From Burkholderiaceae bacterium (GTDB lineage: Bacteria > Pseudomonadota > Gammaproteobacteria > Burkholderiales > Burkholderiaceae_E): 64,000 nucleotides of DNA. A program made the translations under genes and the position numbers. The stretch covers positions 15,338 through 79,337 of the forward strand of contig JBIPLJ010000008.1 of assembly GCA_044368415.1 (NCBI GenBank), given 5' to 3'. How positions within the stretch are numbered: position 1 is the stretch's first letter; every line of letters starts with the position of its first letter. The notes below the pieces were generated by a model. That model was not told the origin of the DNA and made no database searches. It saw only the letters and a program-made list of their open reading frames with translations. Shown in pieces: positions 1-9,853 of the stretch.

Positions 1-894
1 GCAACGAGCCTTTTTGCGGGCTGCGCGCCCTTCAACTACAGCGGCGCCGACAGCCCCGTCGCACATCCGGCCGTACCAGCCATGGAGCCGCGCCCGCGCG
101 TTGCATTGGTGCTCAGCAGCGGCGGCCCGCGTGGGTACGCACACATCGGTGTGATGCGTGTGCTGGAGGACGCGGGCATCGAGATCGACCTGATTGTCGG
201 CACCAGCGTCGGCTCGCTGCTCGGCGCGTTCTGGGCCGACGGCCGCACGGCCGCCGAGATCGACGCGCTGTCGCGGGAAGGTGGGCCTTTCACGCTGTTC
301 GACTTGTCGCCGTTCGCGGACCGCGGTTGGATTCACGGCCAGCGGCTTCAGGACTACGTCAACGATCGCTTGCGCCACCCCGTCATCGATCGACTGCCGC
401 GACGGTTGGTGGTGGGCGCCACGCGACGGCAGGACAAGACGCCGGTGTTCTTCACCAGTGGCAACGTCGGCGTAGCGGTGCGCGCGTCCAGCGCGGTGCC
501 GGGTATTCTCTCACCCGTCGGCATTCTGGGCACCGAGTACGAGGACGGCGACGAGTCGCTGCCGCTCGCCGTTCGTGCAGCGCGGCAGGCGGGTGCACGA
601 TTTGTCATCGCGGTGGATGTGACGCCGCGCCCGGAAACGGCACCGCCCGATGCATCGAACGCCCAGCGCGAGCGGGTGCGCCGGCGCACTGCGCGCATCG
701 CTCCCGAAGCAGCGCTGGCCGACCACGTGATCCACGCCGATCTGGACTTCGAGGCCTCGCCCCTGCCCAGCTATTTCCGGTACGCCCGCAGCACCGGCGA
801 GCTCAACGCGCGCAAGCAGCTGCCGCAGTTGCTGGCGCGTCTGCAGGACGCCGGTCTGGCACCGGCCGCAGCGCCCTTGCGACCTGCGCCTTGA
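1..894 (+). CDS. Patatin-like phospholipase (RssA-like), probable lipoprotein; 5' end likely outside the window
   Basis: ORF 82..894 carries the oxyanion loop SSGGPRG and nucleophile elbow GTSVG. The same frame is open from nt 1 and reads ..ATSLFAGCAPFNYSG.., a lipobox (LFAG-C) upstream of the ATG at 82. The real start is therefore probably upstream of nt 1; ATG 82 is the fallback. Confidence 0.85.
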   Translation, partial: ATSLFAGCAPFNYSGADSPVAHPAVPAMEPRPRVALVLSSGGPRGYAHIGVMRVLEDAGIEIDLIVGTSVGSLLGAFWADGRTAAEIDALSREGGPFTLFDLSPFADRGWIHGQRLQDYVNDRLRHPVIDRLPRRLVVGATRRQDKTPVFFTSGNVGVAVRASSAVPGILSPVGILGTEYEDGDESLPLAVRAARQAGARFVIAVDVTPRPETAPPDASNAQRERVRRRTARIAPEAALADHVIHADLDFEASPLPSYFRYARSTGELNARKQLPQLLARLQDAGLAPAAAPLRPAP

Positions 895-986
895 GGTCAA
901 GTAGCTGAGCTAGGCGACGAACGAGGCGAATTTTCTGAGCCCTGTCAGAGACTTGGCGAAGCTCGAACGCGAGCTGACATAGCGCG

Positions 987-1874
987 GTGCCTGCAATATC
1001 GTTTCCACTCCTCAGCGCTGGAGTCGAGCACATGGAATGGACGGCGGAGCAAGTCAGTTGGCTTGTGAAAGTGTTTCAACCCGAGAGAAGCGTGGCGTCA
1101 TTGCCAGGAGGGTGGACGGGGCTTTCAGAGAGCACACGCGCTGCGCTCCTTGGCCTGTCCACCGACGTGTACGCGACGGTTCACGCAGCGCTGGTGAACG
1201 GCGCAAAAGAAGCCGCGCGCGAGTTGCTGGCAGATCCGGCGATCTGCGCGATGGTTGATCGCCTTCCCTTGAACAAGGGTGGACGCGTTGTGGCAGTGGG
1301 CGACAGTCACACATGCGACCCTCAATCGTGGGCGGTCATCGTGAGCGAGATGTTGTCGCTGCACAGACCCGATGACGCGATCTCGGTGGTTGTGAGCGGC
1401 GTCAGCGGAGAGACGACCACCCATGCGCTGATCCGGATCGGTGAGGTCATCGCCCTGAAACCCGATTGGATTCTCTTCCTGACCGGCATCAACGATGCCC
1501 GAACGCAAGGCCCGGCGCCGACGAAGACGATCGTCGAACACCAAGAGACCGCAAAGAACCTCGCCGAGTTGCAACGGCGCGCCGCGAGTGAGACGAATGC
1601 ACAATGCCTCTGGATAACGCCTCCTCCGGTCATCGAGGATCGGGTCGAGAAGCACTGGGCGCTCGCACGCTTCGGGGTTCGTTTCCGCAACGAGGACATC
1701 GCACGGGTCGCGGACGCTGTCCGCAATCTTGAAGCGCCTCACGTGGATCTGTTCTCCGTGCTCGCGGAGACGCTTTCGGCGGATCACGTCACGGAAGACG
1801 GCCTCCACTTACGGCTAGATGGCCAGAAACGGATCGCGCGAGAAATCGTGCAGGGCTGGAGCACGCTGGGATGA
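987..1874 (+). CDS. SGNH/GDSL-family hydrolase (esterase/lipase-like)
   Basis: SGNH blocks are visible: VAVGDSHT (block I), GINDA (block III), DGLHLR (block V). GTG 987 opens the ORF. ATG 1032 (MEWTAEQ, with GGAG about 10 nt upstream) is an equally plausible start. Confidence 0.7.
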   Translation: MPAISFPLLSAGVEHMEWTAEQVSWLVKVFQPERSVASLPGGWTGLSESTRAALLGLSTDVYATVHAALVNGAKEAARELLADPAICAMVDRLPLNKGGRVVAVGDSHTCDPQSWAVIVSEMLSLHRPDDAISVVVSGVSGETTTHALIRIGEVIALKPDWILFLTGINDARTQGPAPTKTIVEHQETAKNLAELQRRAASETNAQCLWITPPPVIEDRVEKHWALARFGVRFRNEDIARVADAVRNLEAPHVDLFSVLAETLSADHVTEDGLHLRLDGQKRIAREIVQGWSTLG

Positions 1875-2719
1875 ACTGCCTCGTCAGAGGCGCGACCGGC
1901 AACATTGGCTCGCTTGTCACGGCACGCCTCCTGGCGCGCGGTGAGCACCCGTCCGTCTTCGTGCGAGATGTAAAGAAGGCGCGGGCTCTCTACGGAGACC
2001 GCGTCGAAATCCGCGTCGGCGATCTCACCGACACGGACTCGCTGGCAAAGGCGCTCGCTGGGATCGACAGCCTGTTTTTGCTCAACACCGGCACAGAGCT
2101 GGGCGCCCTGGATCGCGCGGCGGCATTCGTCGCCAAAGCGGCCGGGGTGCAGCACATCGTCAAGCTCTCGACATTGGACGTTCGGACCAGCGTGGGCACG
2201 GGACCTTGGCACGCACAAGGCGAGGATGCGATTCGGGCGAGCGGCATCGCGTTCACCTTCATTCAATCCGCCGCGTTCATGTCGAACGCGCTGGGATGGG
2301 CACCGACGATCCGCTCGCAGAGCGTGCTGCGCTGCTCGACGGGGGAAGGCAAGATTGCCTTCATTCATCCAAGCGATATTGCCGATGTCGCCACCCATGC
2401 CCTGATGGCTCGCGAGCATGAGGGCCAGTCGCTCGTGATCACCGGGCCCGAGGCGCTGAGCTATGGCGAAATGGCCGCCAGGATTGGTGATGTGATCGGA
2501 CGGTCGGTTCGCTTTGAATCGATCTCGGACGCAGCGGCACTGAAGATGGCACTCACGCGCGCCGACACGGGTGCATACGCCGAAGCCCTGGTCGATATCT
2601 GGAGGGCAGTCCGAGAAGGCAGACTGTCTACGGTTTCCGATGGCGTCGAGCGCATCGTCGGGCAAAAGCCCATTTCGTTCGAACGGTGGGTCGCGGAGAA
2701 TGCGGACTCGTTTCGCTGA
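1871..2719 (+). CDS. NmrA-like / atypical SDR NAD(P)-binding protein
   Basis: N-terminal Rossmann motif VRGATGNIGSLV; 282 aa; ATGA start/stop overlap with the preceding gene (1871-1874). Confidence 0.75.
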   Translation: MNCLVRGATGNIGSLVTARLLARGEHPSVFVRDVKKARALYGDRVEIRVGDLTDTDSLAKALAGIDSLFLLNTGTELGALDRAAAFVAKAAGVQHIVKLSTLDVRTSVGTGPWHAQGEDAIRASGIAFTFIQSAAFMSNALGWAPTIRSQSVLRCSTGEGKIAFIHPSDIADVATHALMAREHEGQSLVITGPEALSYGEMAARIGDVIGRSVRFESISDAAALKMALTRADTGAYAEALVDIWRAVREGRLSTVSDGVERIVGQKPISFERWVAENADSFR

Positions 2720-2723
2720 TCGC

Positions 2724-3329
2724 TCAGGATGACCGCGCGGTCAAATAGGCACGGACCGCGCGAACGGCTTCCTCCTTGAACTCATCCAGGGAAACGGTCG
2801 GCGGCTGTTGAGTCATGCCGCCATGCACAAGCGCCTCCACCAGAAGCGGCAGAACAGCCTGTATCTGATGGCCGCGAACACCGGGTTCCAGAGAAGAGAT
2901 CATTTTCTCGAACGTTGCCTGGAGCGCGCGTCTGAAGCCCTGTGTACTCTCCGGGACAACTTCAGAAGTGATCTCGTGCAAGCGCGGATCGGCGCCGTGC
3001 ACATCGATCAGCGCTGTCACGAGCGCACATGTAAAGTCTTCGAGCGAACTGCACGCATGCTGCGCGATCGTATGTTCGATCACCGCCCGCACCTGCTCGG
3101 CGTGGCGTTGATGTAAAGCAGTGAAGATGGATCGCTTGTCTGGAAAGTATTGGTAGACCGAGCCGATGCTGACTCCGGCGGCATCGGCGATGTTGTTCGT
3201 GGTCAGGGCATCCGCCCCCTCACGTGCGAGCACCCTCTCGACCGCCTGGAGCACCGCCTCCACAGTTTGCCGCGAACGTTCCTGGCGCGGTGCACGCCGA
3301 ATGCCGACTCTTTCGTTGGTGATCTTCAT
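2724..3329 (-). CDS. TetR-family transcriptional regulator
   Basis: N-terminal TetR HTH: RSRQTVEAVLQAVERVLAREGADALTTNNIADAAGVSIGSVYQYFPDK. 201 aa, convergent with the NmrA-like gene. Confidence 0.85.
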   Translation of the reverse strand: MKITNERVGIRRAPRQERSRQTVEAVLQAVERVLAREGADALTTNNIADAAGVSIGSVYQYFPDKRSIFTALHQRHAEQVRAVIEHTIAQHACSSLEDFTCALVTALIDVHGADPRLHEITSEVVPESTQGFRRALQATFEKMISSLEPGVRGHQIQAVLPLLVEALVHGGMTQQPPTVSLDEFKEEAVRAVRAYLTARSS

Positions 3330-3337
3330 TCGGACTC

Positions 3338-3365
3338 ATTGTAGCCTTGGCTTTATCTGCTTCAA
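3338..3365 (-). promoter_or_regulatory. Putative sigma-70 promoter of the TetR gene (TTGAAG-16 nt-TACAAT), probably giving a leaderless or near-leaderless mRNA
   Basis: On the minus strand, TTGAAG (3365-3360), a 16-nt spacer and TACAAT (3343-3338). The ATG is at 3329, only 8 nt after the -10 box, and no Shine-Dalgarno lies between them. Confidence 0.4.
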
Positions 3366-3468
3366 CCTGGCCCCTGATGAGCTCCGGTTTTGTCAAGGTC
3401 AATTCGCTAAGTCTTTGTTGTCGGCGACTTGAACCGCACCGGGTTTTGAGGAGACTCCTTCGCGGATA

Positions 3469-3923
3469 GTGTCGGGGTCAAGGTCCCGGGCAAAACGTGG
3501 TTGGCCAGCAAACCTGAGACCGCAAGGCCCCCGGCACTGTGGACACCCTATACTGCTGAGTGGTCCGACGGCTTCGGCAAACCTGTGCGGCTACGCTGCC
3601 ATGCACGACCCGACTGGCAGCACGGTGGATCACTTTCTCAGCTCCAAGCACCACCGTCATTTGGCCTACGAGTGGAGCAACTACCGCCTTGCTTCCGGGC
3701 CGTTGAACTCATCCAAGCGTGATGGGGACGATACGGTGCTCGACCCATTAAGGTGGGCGCCGGCTGGTTCGAGATCAGCCTCCCTTCGCTGCAGATGCGC
3801 GGCACGGATGCCGTGCCCGTCGCCGATCGCGCAAAGGCCGAATTCACGCTGAACCGGCTGAACCAGAGCATGTGTGTAGCTAGATGTGTAGCAAAAAGCG
3901 ACATCAGCAGCGCAAGTTATTGA
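3469..3923 (+). pseudogene. Decayed HNH-endonuclease-like gene (frameshifted, zinc-finger cysteines lost)
   Basis: Frame of ORF 3469 reads ..LCGYAAMHDPTGSTVDHFLSSKHHRHLAYEWSNYRLASGPLNSSKRDGDDTVLDPL... This is the HNH core pattern (C-x-Y-C .. H-F-x-x-K .. L-A-Y-x-W-x-N-x-x-L-A-C .. C-N-x-x-K .. L-D-P) with three of the four Cys replaced. The similarity continues after about nt 3750 only in another frame (GWFEISLPSLQMRGTDAVPVADRAKAEFTLNRLNQS, stop at 3921-3923). The surrounding DNA looks lower in GC. Confidence 0.45.
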
Positions 3924-3944
3924 TACGCAGAGATCTAAAGACTT

Positions 3945-4742
3945 ATGAAGATCGCCACCTGGAACGTCAACTCGCTGAAAGTCCGGCTGCCCCACGTGCT
4001 CGGCTGGCTCGAGGCCAATCCGGTCGACGTGCTGTGCCTGCAGGAAACCAAGCTGGTCGACGAGAAGTTCCCCGCTGACGCGCTCGCCGCGGCCGGATAC
4101 CGCGCAGTGTTCTCCGGCCAGCCGACCTACAACGGGGTGGCGCTGCTGTGGCGCGCCGACCGGGGCTGGGACGCGGGTGACTTAACCATCGGGAATCCGC
4201 GCTTCCCGGACGAGCAGAAGCGGCTGATCGCCGCGACCTTCGGCGACGTGCGCGTGATCAGCGCCTATGTGCCGAACGGGCAGGCCGTGGGCAGCGACAA
4301 GTACGACTACAAGCTGCGCTGGCTGGACGCATTGGCGGCCAGGCTTGCCGACGAGCTGGCAGCCACGCCGCGGTTGGTGATCGGCGGCGACTACAACATC
4401 GCGCCCGCCGACGCCGACGTGCACGACCCGGCGGCCTGGGCCGATCAGGTACTGTGCTCGATGCCCGAGCGCGAGCGCTTCGGTGCGCTGCTCGCGCTCG
4501 GGCTGCGGGATGCCTACCGGATGTTCGAGCAGCCGCCCAAGATGTACAGCTGGTGGGACTACCGCCAACTCGGGTTCCAGAAGAACCGCGGCCTGCGGAT
4601 CGACCACCTGCTGGTCGCCCCGGCACTCGCGGGAGCGGTCAGGGCCTGCGCGATCGACCGCGCGCCACGCAAGCTGCCGCAGCCGTCGGACCATGCGCCG
4701 GTGACGGTCGATCTGGCGCTGGACGGCGCGCCGGCCGGCTAG
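3945..4742 (+). CDS. xthA: Exodeoxyribonuclease III
   Basis: MKIATWNVNSLKVRLPHVLGWL..VDVLCLQETKL.., and C-terminal RIDHLLV..PSDHAPV; 265 aa. Confidence 0.9.
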   Translation: MKIATWNVNSLKVRLPHVLGWLEANPVDVLCLQETKLVDEKFPADALAAAGYRAVFSGQPTYNGVALLWRADRGWDAGDLTIGNPRFPDEQKRLIAATFGDVRVISAYVPNGQAVGSDKYDYKLRWLDALAARLADELAATPRLVIGGDYNIAPADADVHDPAAWADQVLCSMPERERFGALLALGLRDAYRMFEQPPKMYSWWDYRQLGFQKNRGLRIDHLLVAPALAGAVRACAIDRAPRKLPQPSDHAPVTVDLALDGAPAG

Positions 4743-4809
4743 GTCGACAGGGAGCCGGCACGCTGGATGGAGTGTGCCGCGCAGCCAGCGCCGCGCAGCG
4801 CACCCTCCG

Positions 4810-6510
4810 TCAGTCGTCCTCGAGGTGCAGGTCCTGGATCTTGCGGGTGATCGTGTTGCGGCCGATACCCAGGCGCAGCGCCGCATCGATCCGCCGCCCT
4901 CGTGTGTGGCGCAGCGCCGTGCGGATGATCGTTGACTCGAACATGCGGGTGAGCTGGTCCATGACTTCGGACGACGCCGGCGGCTCCCCGCCGCGGGCCG
5001 ACTGCGCCGACAGCATCTGTGAGACCTCGGACTCGAGGAGCGCGGCCCAGCCCACGCGAGCCGCCGGGGCGGCACGCCCCATGCCGTCGCGCTCGGCGAC
5101 GCCAGCATCGGCGGTCGGGTAGCCGCTGCCGGCCCCCGGCACCGCAGCGAAGGCCGTCGGCGCGCCGAAGCCGACGCGCCCTCCCACCGGCTCGAAGAAG
5201 GCCTCTGCCACGGCCGCCGAAGCCGGCGCCGCGGCGCCCGAAAATGCGGGCATCGTCGCGCCCCCGGCCGCACCCTGAGCCTCTGCACCCGGGGACGCAG
5301 CCATCGGGCCCATGCCCTGGGGCTGCGCCGGCGCGCCGCGCGGATCGGTCCACGGCAGCGCTGCCTGCACCTCGGGCGGCAGGTCCTTGGGCTCGACGGT
5401 CTGCGCGGGCGCCATCACCGTCAGCCAGTGGCAGACGTTCTCGAGCTGGCGCACGTTGCCTGGCCAGGAGAACGCGCCGAGCCGCAGCAGCGCCTCGTCG
5501 GAGAGCCGCTTGGTCTCGACGCCGAGCTCGCGCGCGCTGCGCGTGAGGAAGTGGCGCGCCAGCAGCGGCACGTCCTGCACCCGCTCGCGCAGCGCCGGCA
5601 GGCGCAGCCGGATCACGTTGAGACGGTGGAACAGGTCCTCGCGGAAGAGGCCGAGCCGCACGCGCTCCTCGAGGTTTTGGTGAGTCGCCGCGATCACGCG
5701 GACATTGGCCTTGAGGGGCTGGTGGCCGCCGACGCGGTAGAAGTGGCCGTCAGAGAGCACACGCAGCAGGCGCGTCTGCAGCTCCGCCGGCATGTCGCCG
5801 ATCTCGTCGAGGAACAGCGTACCCGCCTCGGCCTGCTCGAAGCGGCCGCGGCGCATCTGCTGAGCCCCGGTAAACGCGCCGCGCTCATGACCGAAGAGCT
5901 CGCTCTCGAGCAGGTCGCGCGGGATGGCGGCGGTGTTGAGCGCCACGAAGGGCTGCGCGCCGCGCGGCGAGTGTTTGTGCAGGGCACGAGCGATCAGTTC
6001 CTTGCCGCTGCCCGACTCGCCGGTGATCATCACCGTCACGTTGGACTGCGAGAGCCGGCCGATGGCGCGGAAGACCTCCTGCATCGCGGGGGCCTGCCCG
6101 AGCATCTCGGGCGTCTCGAGGACCGTCTCCTCGGCGGCCGCCTCGCGCTCGCTCTCCGCCACCGCACGGCGGATCAGCTCGATCGCCTTGGGCAGGTCGA
6201 AGGGCTTGGGCAGGTACTCGAACGCGCCGCCCTGGAAGGCCGAGACCGCGCTGTCCAGATCGGAGAACGCGGTCATGATGATCACCGGCATGCCGGGCCG
6301 GCGAAGCTTGACCTTCTGCAGAAGCTCGATGCCCGACTCGCCGGGCATCCGGATGTCGGAGACCAGGACCTGCGGGGAGTCGAGGTCGAAGGCGCTCAGG
6401 CACTCGCGCGCGGACCCGAAAGCCCGTACGTCGAACCCTTCCCGGGACAGCGCCCGCTCGAGCACCCAGCGAATCGACTGGTCATCGTCGACGATCCACA
6501 CTTCGTTCAT
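4810..6510 (-). CDS. glnG: Nitrogen regulation response regulator NtrC (sigma-54 activator) with an unusually long low-complexity linker
   Basis: Receiver domain ([27 protein letters not shown]). AAA+ domain ([24 protein letters not shown]). C-terminal Fis-type HTH ([17 protein letters not shown]). Start chosen at MNEVW (ATG 6510). Sits directly downstream of ntrB. Confidence 0.9.
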   Translation of the reverse strand: MNEVWIVDDDQSIRWVLERALSREGFDVRAFGSARECLSAFDLDSPQVLVSDIRMPGESGIELLQKVKLRRPGMPVIIMTAFSDLDSAVSAFQGGAFEYLPKPFDLPKAIELIRRAVAESEREAAAEETVLETPEMLGQAPAMQEVFRAIGRLSQSNVTVMITGESGSGKELIARALHKHSPRGAQPFVALNTAAIPRDLLESELFGHERGAFTGAQQMRRGRFEQAEAGTLFLDEIGDMPAELQTRLLRVLSDGHFYRVGGHQPLKANVRVIAATHQNLEERVRLGLFREDLFHRLNVIRLRLPALRERVQDVPLLARHFLTRSARELGVETKRLSDEALLRLGAFSWPGNVRQLENVCHWLTVMAPAQTVEPKDLPPEVQAALPWTDPRGAPAQPQGMGPMAASPGAEAQGAAGGATMPAFSGAAAPASAAVAEAFFEPVGGRVGFGAPTAFAAVPGAGSGYPTADAGVAERDGMGRAAPAARVGWAALLESEVSQMLSAQSARGGEPPASSEVMDQLTRMFESTIIRTALRHTRGRRIDAALRLGIGRNTITRKIQDLHLEDD

Positions 6511-6562
6511 TCGTGCTGCTTCCCCTGGCTGCCCGCCCCGGTCCGCCACGAATGGCGACACA

Positions 6563-7651
6563 TCAGGGCAGTGGCAGCAGTATTCGGAAATCGGTCCGGC
6601 CCGGACGGCTGTCGCATTCGATCAGGCCTGCGTGCTGTTGCACGAAGGTCTGCGCGAGCGTCAGCCCCAGACCACTCCCGCCCTCACGGCCCGAGACGAG
6701 CGGATAGAAGATCCGATCGCGGATCTCTTCCGGCACACCTGGGCCGTCGTCTACTACATGCAAGTCCAGTGCCAGGCGATAGCGGACCTTGTCGATCGTC
6801 ACCTGCCGGGCGATCCGCGTCGTCATCAGGATGTGGCCCTGACCGTGCATCGCCTGCGCCGCGTTGCGCACCAGGTTGAGCACCGCCTGGATCAGCTGCT
6901 CCTTGTCGCCGCGGAAATCGGGCAGGCTGGCGTCGTAGTCCCGATCGATCGAGAGGCCCTGCGGGTACTCGGCGGTCACCACTGAGCGGACCCGTTCGAG
7001 CACCTCGTGGATGTTCACGTCGCCCACCAGCCGCGGGTGGCGATGCGGCGCGAGCAGGCGATCGACCAGGGTCTGCAACCGGTCGGCCTCCTTGATGATC
7101 ACCTGCGTGTACTCGCGCAAGCTCGAGCCGCCGACCTCGGACTCGAGCAGCTGCGCCGCGCCACGGATACCGCCGAGCGGGTTCTTGATCTCATGGGCGA
7201 GGTTGCGCACGAGCTCCCGGTTGACCCGCACCGACTCCACCATCCTCGACTCGCGGTCGACGCGGATGCGCTGGTCGATCTCGCGGAACTCGAGCAGCAA
7301 CGAGCCGAGGTCGCTCTCCAGAACCACCGCCACGCAGTGCACAGCGAGCGGCTCGCGGCCGATCCGGTGCAGCGTGATGTCCTGGCGCTTCTGGCCGAAC
7401 GCGTTGTTGCAGGCCTCGGCGAGCAGGCTGTCGATGATGCCGCCGTTGCTGAACTGCCGGGCGAACGATGCCCCTTCGATCACGCGCTGAGGCAGCTCGA
7501 AGAGCTGCTCGGCCGCCTGGTTGAGGAAGGCTGTCTGCCCCTGGTCGTCGAGCAACACGACGGCGCAGGCAAGCAGGTCCAGTCCGGCGAGGCGCGAGGC
7601 CGCCTGGCGCCGCCGATCCGTGCCCTCCGGCATGCGGGAGCTCAGGGTCAT
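6563..7651 (-). CDS. glnL: Nitrogen regulation sensor histidine kinase NtrB
   Basis: N-terminal PAS-like region, H-box HEIKNPLGGIRGAAQLL, ATPase boxes NLVRNAAQA, VVDDGPGVP, GSGLGL; 362 aa. Confidence 0.9.
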   Translation of the reverse strand: MTLSSRMPEGTDRRRQAASRLAGLDLLACAVVLLDDQGQTAFLNQAAEQLFELPQRVIEGASFARQFSNGGIIDSLLAEACNNAFGQKRQDITLHRIGREPLAVHCVAVVLESDLGSLLLEFREIDQRIRVDRESRMVESVRVNRELVRNLAHEIKNPLGGIRGAAQLLESEVGGSSLREYTQVIIKEADRLQTLVDRLLAPHRHPRLVGDVNIHEVLERVRSVVTAEYPQGLSIDRDYDASLPDFRGDKEQLIQAVLNLVRNAAQAMHGQGHILMTTRIARQVTIDKVRYRLALDLHVVDDGPGVPEEIRDRIFYPLVSGREGGSGLGLTLAQTFVQQHAGLIECDSRPGRTDFRILLPLP

Positions 7652-7722
7652 CGAGGAGTGGCGGGGCGTGAGGGCTGCGGAAAGGCGCGGCAGGCGCTGC
7701 GGGAGATCCGGGCCTGCCGCGC

Positions 7723-8247
7723 TCAGTCGCGCAGCGAGGACATCTCTCGCTTGAGCGACAGTACGGAACTCTCGGTGCGGGCGATGTCGTCCTTCAGACG
7801 CTGCACCCGGTCGAGATACTTCTGGTAGTTGCGCTCGTCGCCGCGCCGATCGGGCTCGCCGCCGTTGAACTCAGCGCGCAGCTCTCCCAGGCGAGCATCC
7901 TCCTTGCGCAGCTCGTCCTCGAGGATGCGTCGCCTGTCGAGGTCTCGCGAGCGCTGTGCGCCGGCGTCGACGCGGGGGAAACCCGCCGGCGAAGGCGTGG
8001 CGGAGGCCGGGCCCTTCGCTGCGCCGGACTGCGCGGGCAGCTTGGGGGCTGGGATGGTCGTCAGGTTGGGCAGGTCGACTGCTCGGCACCGTGCATCGCG
8101 GCTGCTCGACGCATTGTTGCTGTACTCGACGACGCCGCCCGGCGACTCGCAGCGCCAGACCTGCGCCTTCGCGGCCAGGGGGATCACGGCGATCGTGGCC
8201 AGCAGCAGGTGGCCCAGCCGGGGACGGCGGCGGAGAGGTCGGAGCAT
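7723..8247 (-). CDS. DUF4124-like secreted protein with coiled-coil C-terminus
   Basis: Signal peptide (LLLATIAVIPLAAKA), then VWRCESPGGVVEYSN, a Pro/Ala-rich linker and a charged coiled-coil tail. It lies between glnA and ntrB, as I recall for many Burkholderiales. Confidence 0.6.
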   Translation of the reverse strand: MLRPLRRRPRLGHLLLATIAVIPLAAKAQVWRCESPGGVVEYSNNASSSRDARCRAVDLPNLTTIPAPKLPAQSGAAKGPASATPSPAGFPRVDAGAQRSRDLDRRRILEDELRKEDARLGELRAEFNGGEPDRRGDERNYQKYLDRVQRLKDDIARTESSVLSLKREMSSLRD

Positions 8248-8263
8248 GGATCGAGTTTAATGC

Positions 8264-8290
8264 AAAAAGGGGGCGGTCACCCGCCCCCCT
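8264..8290 (-). terminator. Rho-independent terminator downstream of glnA
   Basis: Perfect 8-bp stem GGGGGCGG (8269-8276) / CCGCCCCC (8281-8288) with a 4-nt loop. Read on the minus strand, a T5 run follows (plus-strand A5 at 8264-8268). It lies about 56 nt after the glnA stop. Confidence 0.75.
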
Positions 8291-8345
8291 TCGTCGGCCC
8301 GGACATGCCTCGCGGGCGGCCGGGCCGTGCACCGATCGTCTCCGA

Positions 8346-9758
8346 TCAGAGCGAGTAGTACATGTCGAACTCGACCGGGTGGGTGGTCATCCGGAAGCGG
8401 GTGACCTCCTCCATCTTGAGCGCGATGTACGCATCGAGCATGGAGTCGCTGAACACGCCGCCGCGGGTCAGGAACTCACGGTCGCGGTCCAGGTAGTCGA
8501 GCGCCATATCGAGCGACGAACACACGGTCGGGATCTTCGCGTCCTCTTCCGGCGGCAGGTCGTACAGGTTCTTGTCCGCCGCATCGCCCGGGTGGATCTT
8601 GTTCTGCACGCCGTCCAGACCCGCCATCATCATCGCCGCGAAGGCCATGTACGGGTTCGCGGTCGGGTCCGGGAAGCGGACTTCGATGCGACGGCCCTTC
8701 GGGTTGTTGACGTACGGGATCCGGATCGAGGCCGAGCGGTTGCGCGCCGAGTAGGCGAGCTTGACCGGAGCCTCGTAGCCCGGGACGAGCCGCTTGTACG
8801 AGTTGGTGCCCGGGTTGGTGATCGCGTTCAGTGCACGGGCGTGCTTGATGATCCCGCCGATGTAGTACAGCGCGAAGTCCGACAGGCCGGCGTACTTGTC
8901 GCCGGCGAACAGGTTCGCACCGTCCTTCCAGATCGACTGGTGAACGTGCATGCCCGAACCGTTGTCGCCGACGACCGGCTTCGGCATGAAGGTCGCAGTC
9001 TTGCCGTAGCTGTGTGCGACGTTCATCACGACGTACTTGAGCAGCTGCGTCCAGTCGGCGCGCTGCACCAGCGTCGAGAACCGGGTGCCGATCTCGTTCT
9101 GGCCGGCGCCCGCCACCTCGTGGTGGTGGACCTCGACCGGCACGCCCATCTGCTCGAGAATCAGGCACATCTCCGAGCGCATGTCCTGGAACGAGTCGAC
9201 CGGCGGCACAGGGAAGTAGCCGCCCTTGACGGCCGGACGGTGGGCCAGGTTGCCGCCCTCGAAGTGCTTGCCGGTCGACCAGGAGGCTTCCTCTGACTCG
9301 ATCTTCACCGAACAGCCCGACATGTCGACGGACCAGGTGACCGAGTCGAAGATGAAGAACTCGGGCTCCGGACCGAAGTAGGCGGTGTCGCCCAGGCCCG
9401 TCGACTTCAGATAGGCCTCGGCGCGCTTGGCGAGCGAGCGCGGGTCGCGGTCGTAGCCCTTGCCGTCGGACGGCTCGATCACGTCGCAGGTCAGGATCAG
9501 CGTCGGCTCTTCGCGGAACGGGTCGATGTTGGCGGTAGACGGATCCGGCATCAGCAGCATGTCGGAGGCTTCGATGCCCTTCCAACCGGCGATGGACGAA
9601 CCGTCGAAGGCATGCCCGGACACGAACTTGTCTTCATCGAAATGCGAGATCGGCACCGTGACGTGCTGCTCTTTGCCCTTGGTATCCGTGAAGCGGAAAT
9701 CAACGAACTTGACTTCGTTGTCCGCGACTTTCTTCATGACGTCCTTGGCAGATGCCAT
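8346..9758 (-). CDS. glnA: Glutamine synthetase, type I
   Basis: [33 protein letters not shown].. through ..[16 protein letters not shown].., with the adenylylation-site region [11 protein letters not shown]. Start at ATG 9758, with AGGAGA 7-12 nt upstream; 470 aa. Confidence 0.95.
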   Translation of the reverse strand: MASAKDVMKKVADNEVKFVDFRFTDTKGKEQHVTVPISHFDEDKFVSGHAFDGSSIAGWKGIEASDMLLMPDPSTANIDPFREEPTLILTCDVIEPSDGKGYDRDPRSLAKRAEAYLKSTGLGDTAYFGPEPEFFIFDSVTWSVDMSGCSVKIESEEASWSTGKHFEGGNLAHRPAVKGGYFPVPPVDSFQDMRSEMCLILEQMGVPVEVHHHEVAGAGQNEIGTRFSTLVQRADWTQLLKYVVMNVAHSYGKTATFMPKPVVGDNGSGMHVHQSIWKDGANLFAGDKYAGLSDFALYYIGGIIKHARALNAITNPGTNSYKRLVPGYEAPVKLAYSARNRSASIRIPYVNNPKGRRIEVRFPDPTANPYMAFAAMMMAGLDGVQNKIHPGDAADKNLYDLPPEEDAKIPTVCSSLDMALDYLDRDREFLTRGGVFSDSMLDAYIALKMEEVTRFRMTTHPVEFDMYYSL

Positions 9759-9853
9759 CGGTGCTTTCTCCTGGGGGTGTGCGAAGGGGGTCGTTTTGAT
9801 CAAGCGAGGCCAGGACGCGCGAGTGTCGGAGCGTCTCCTCGACCCGCGAATTT

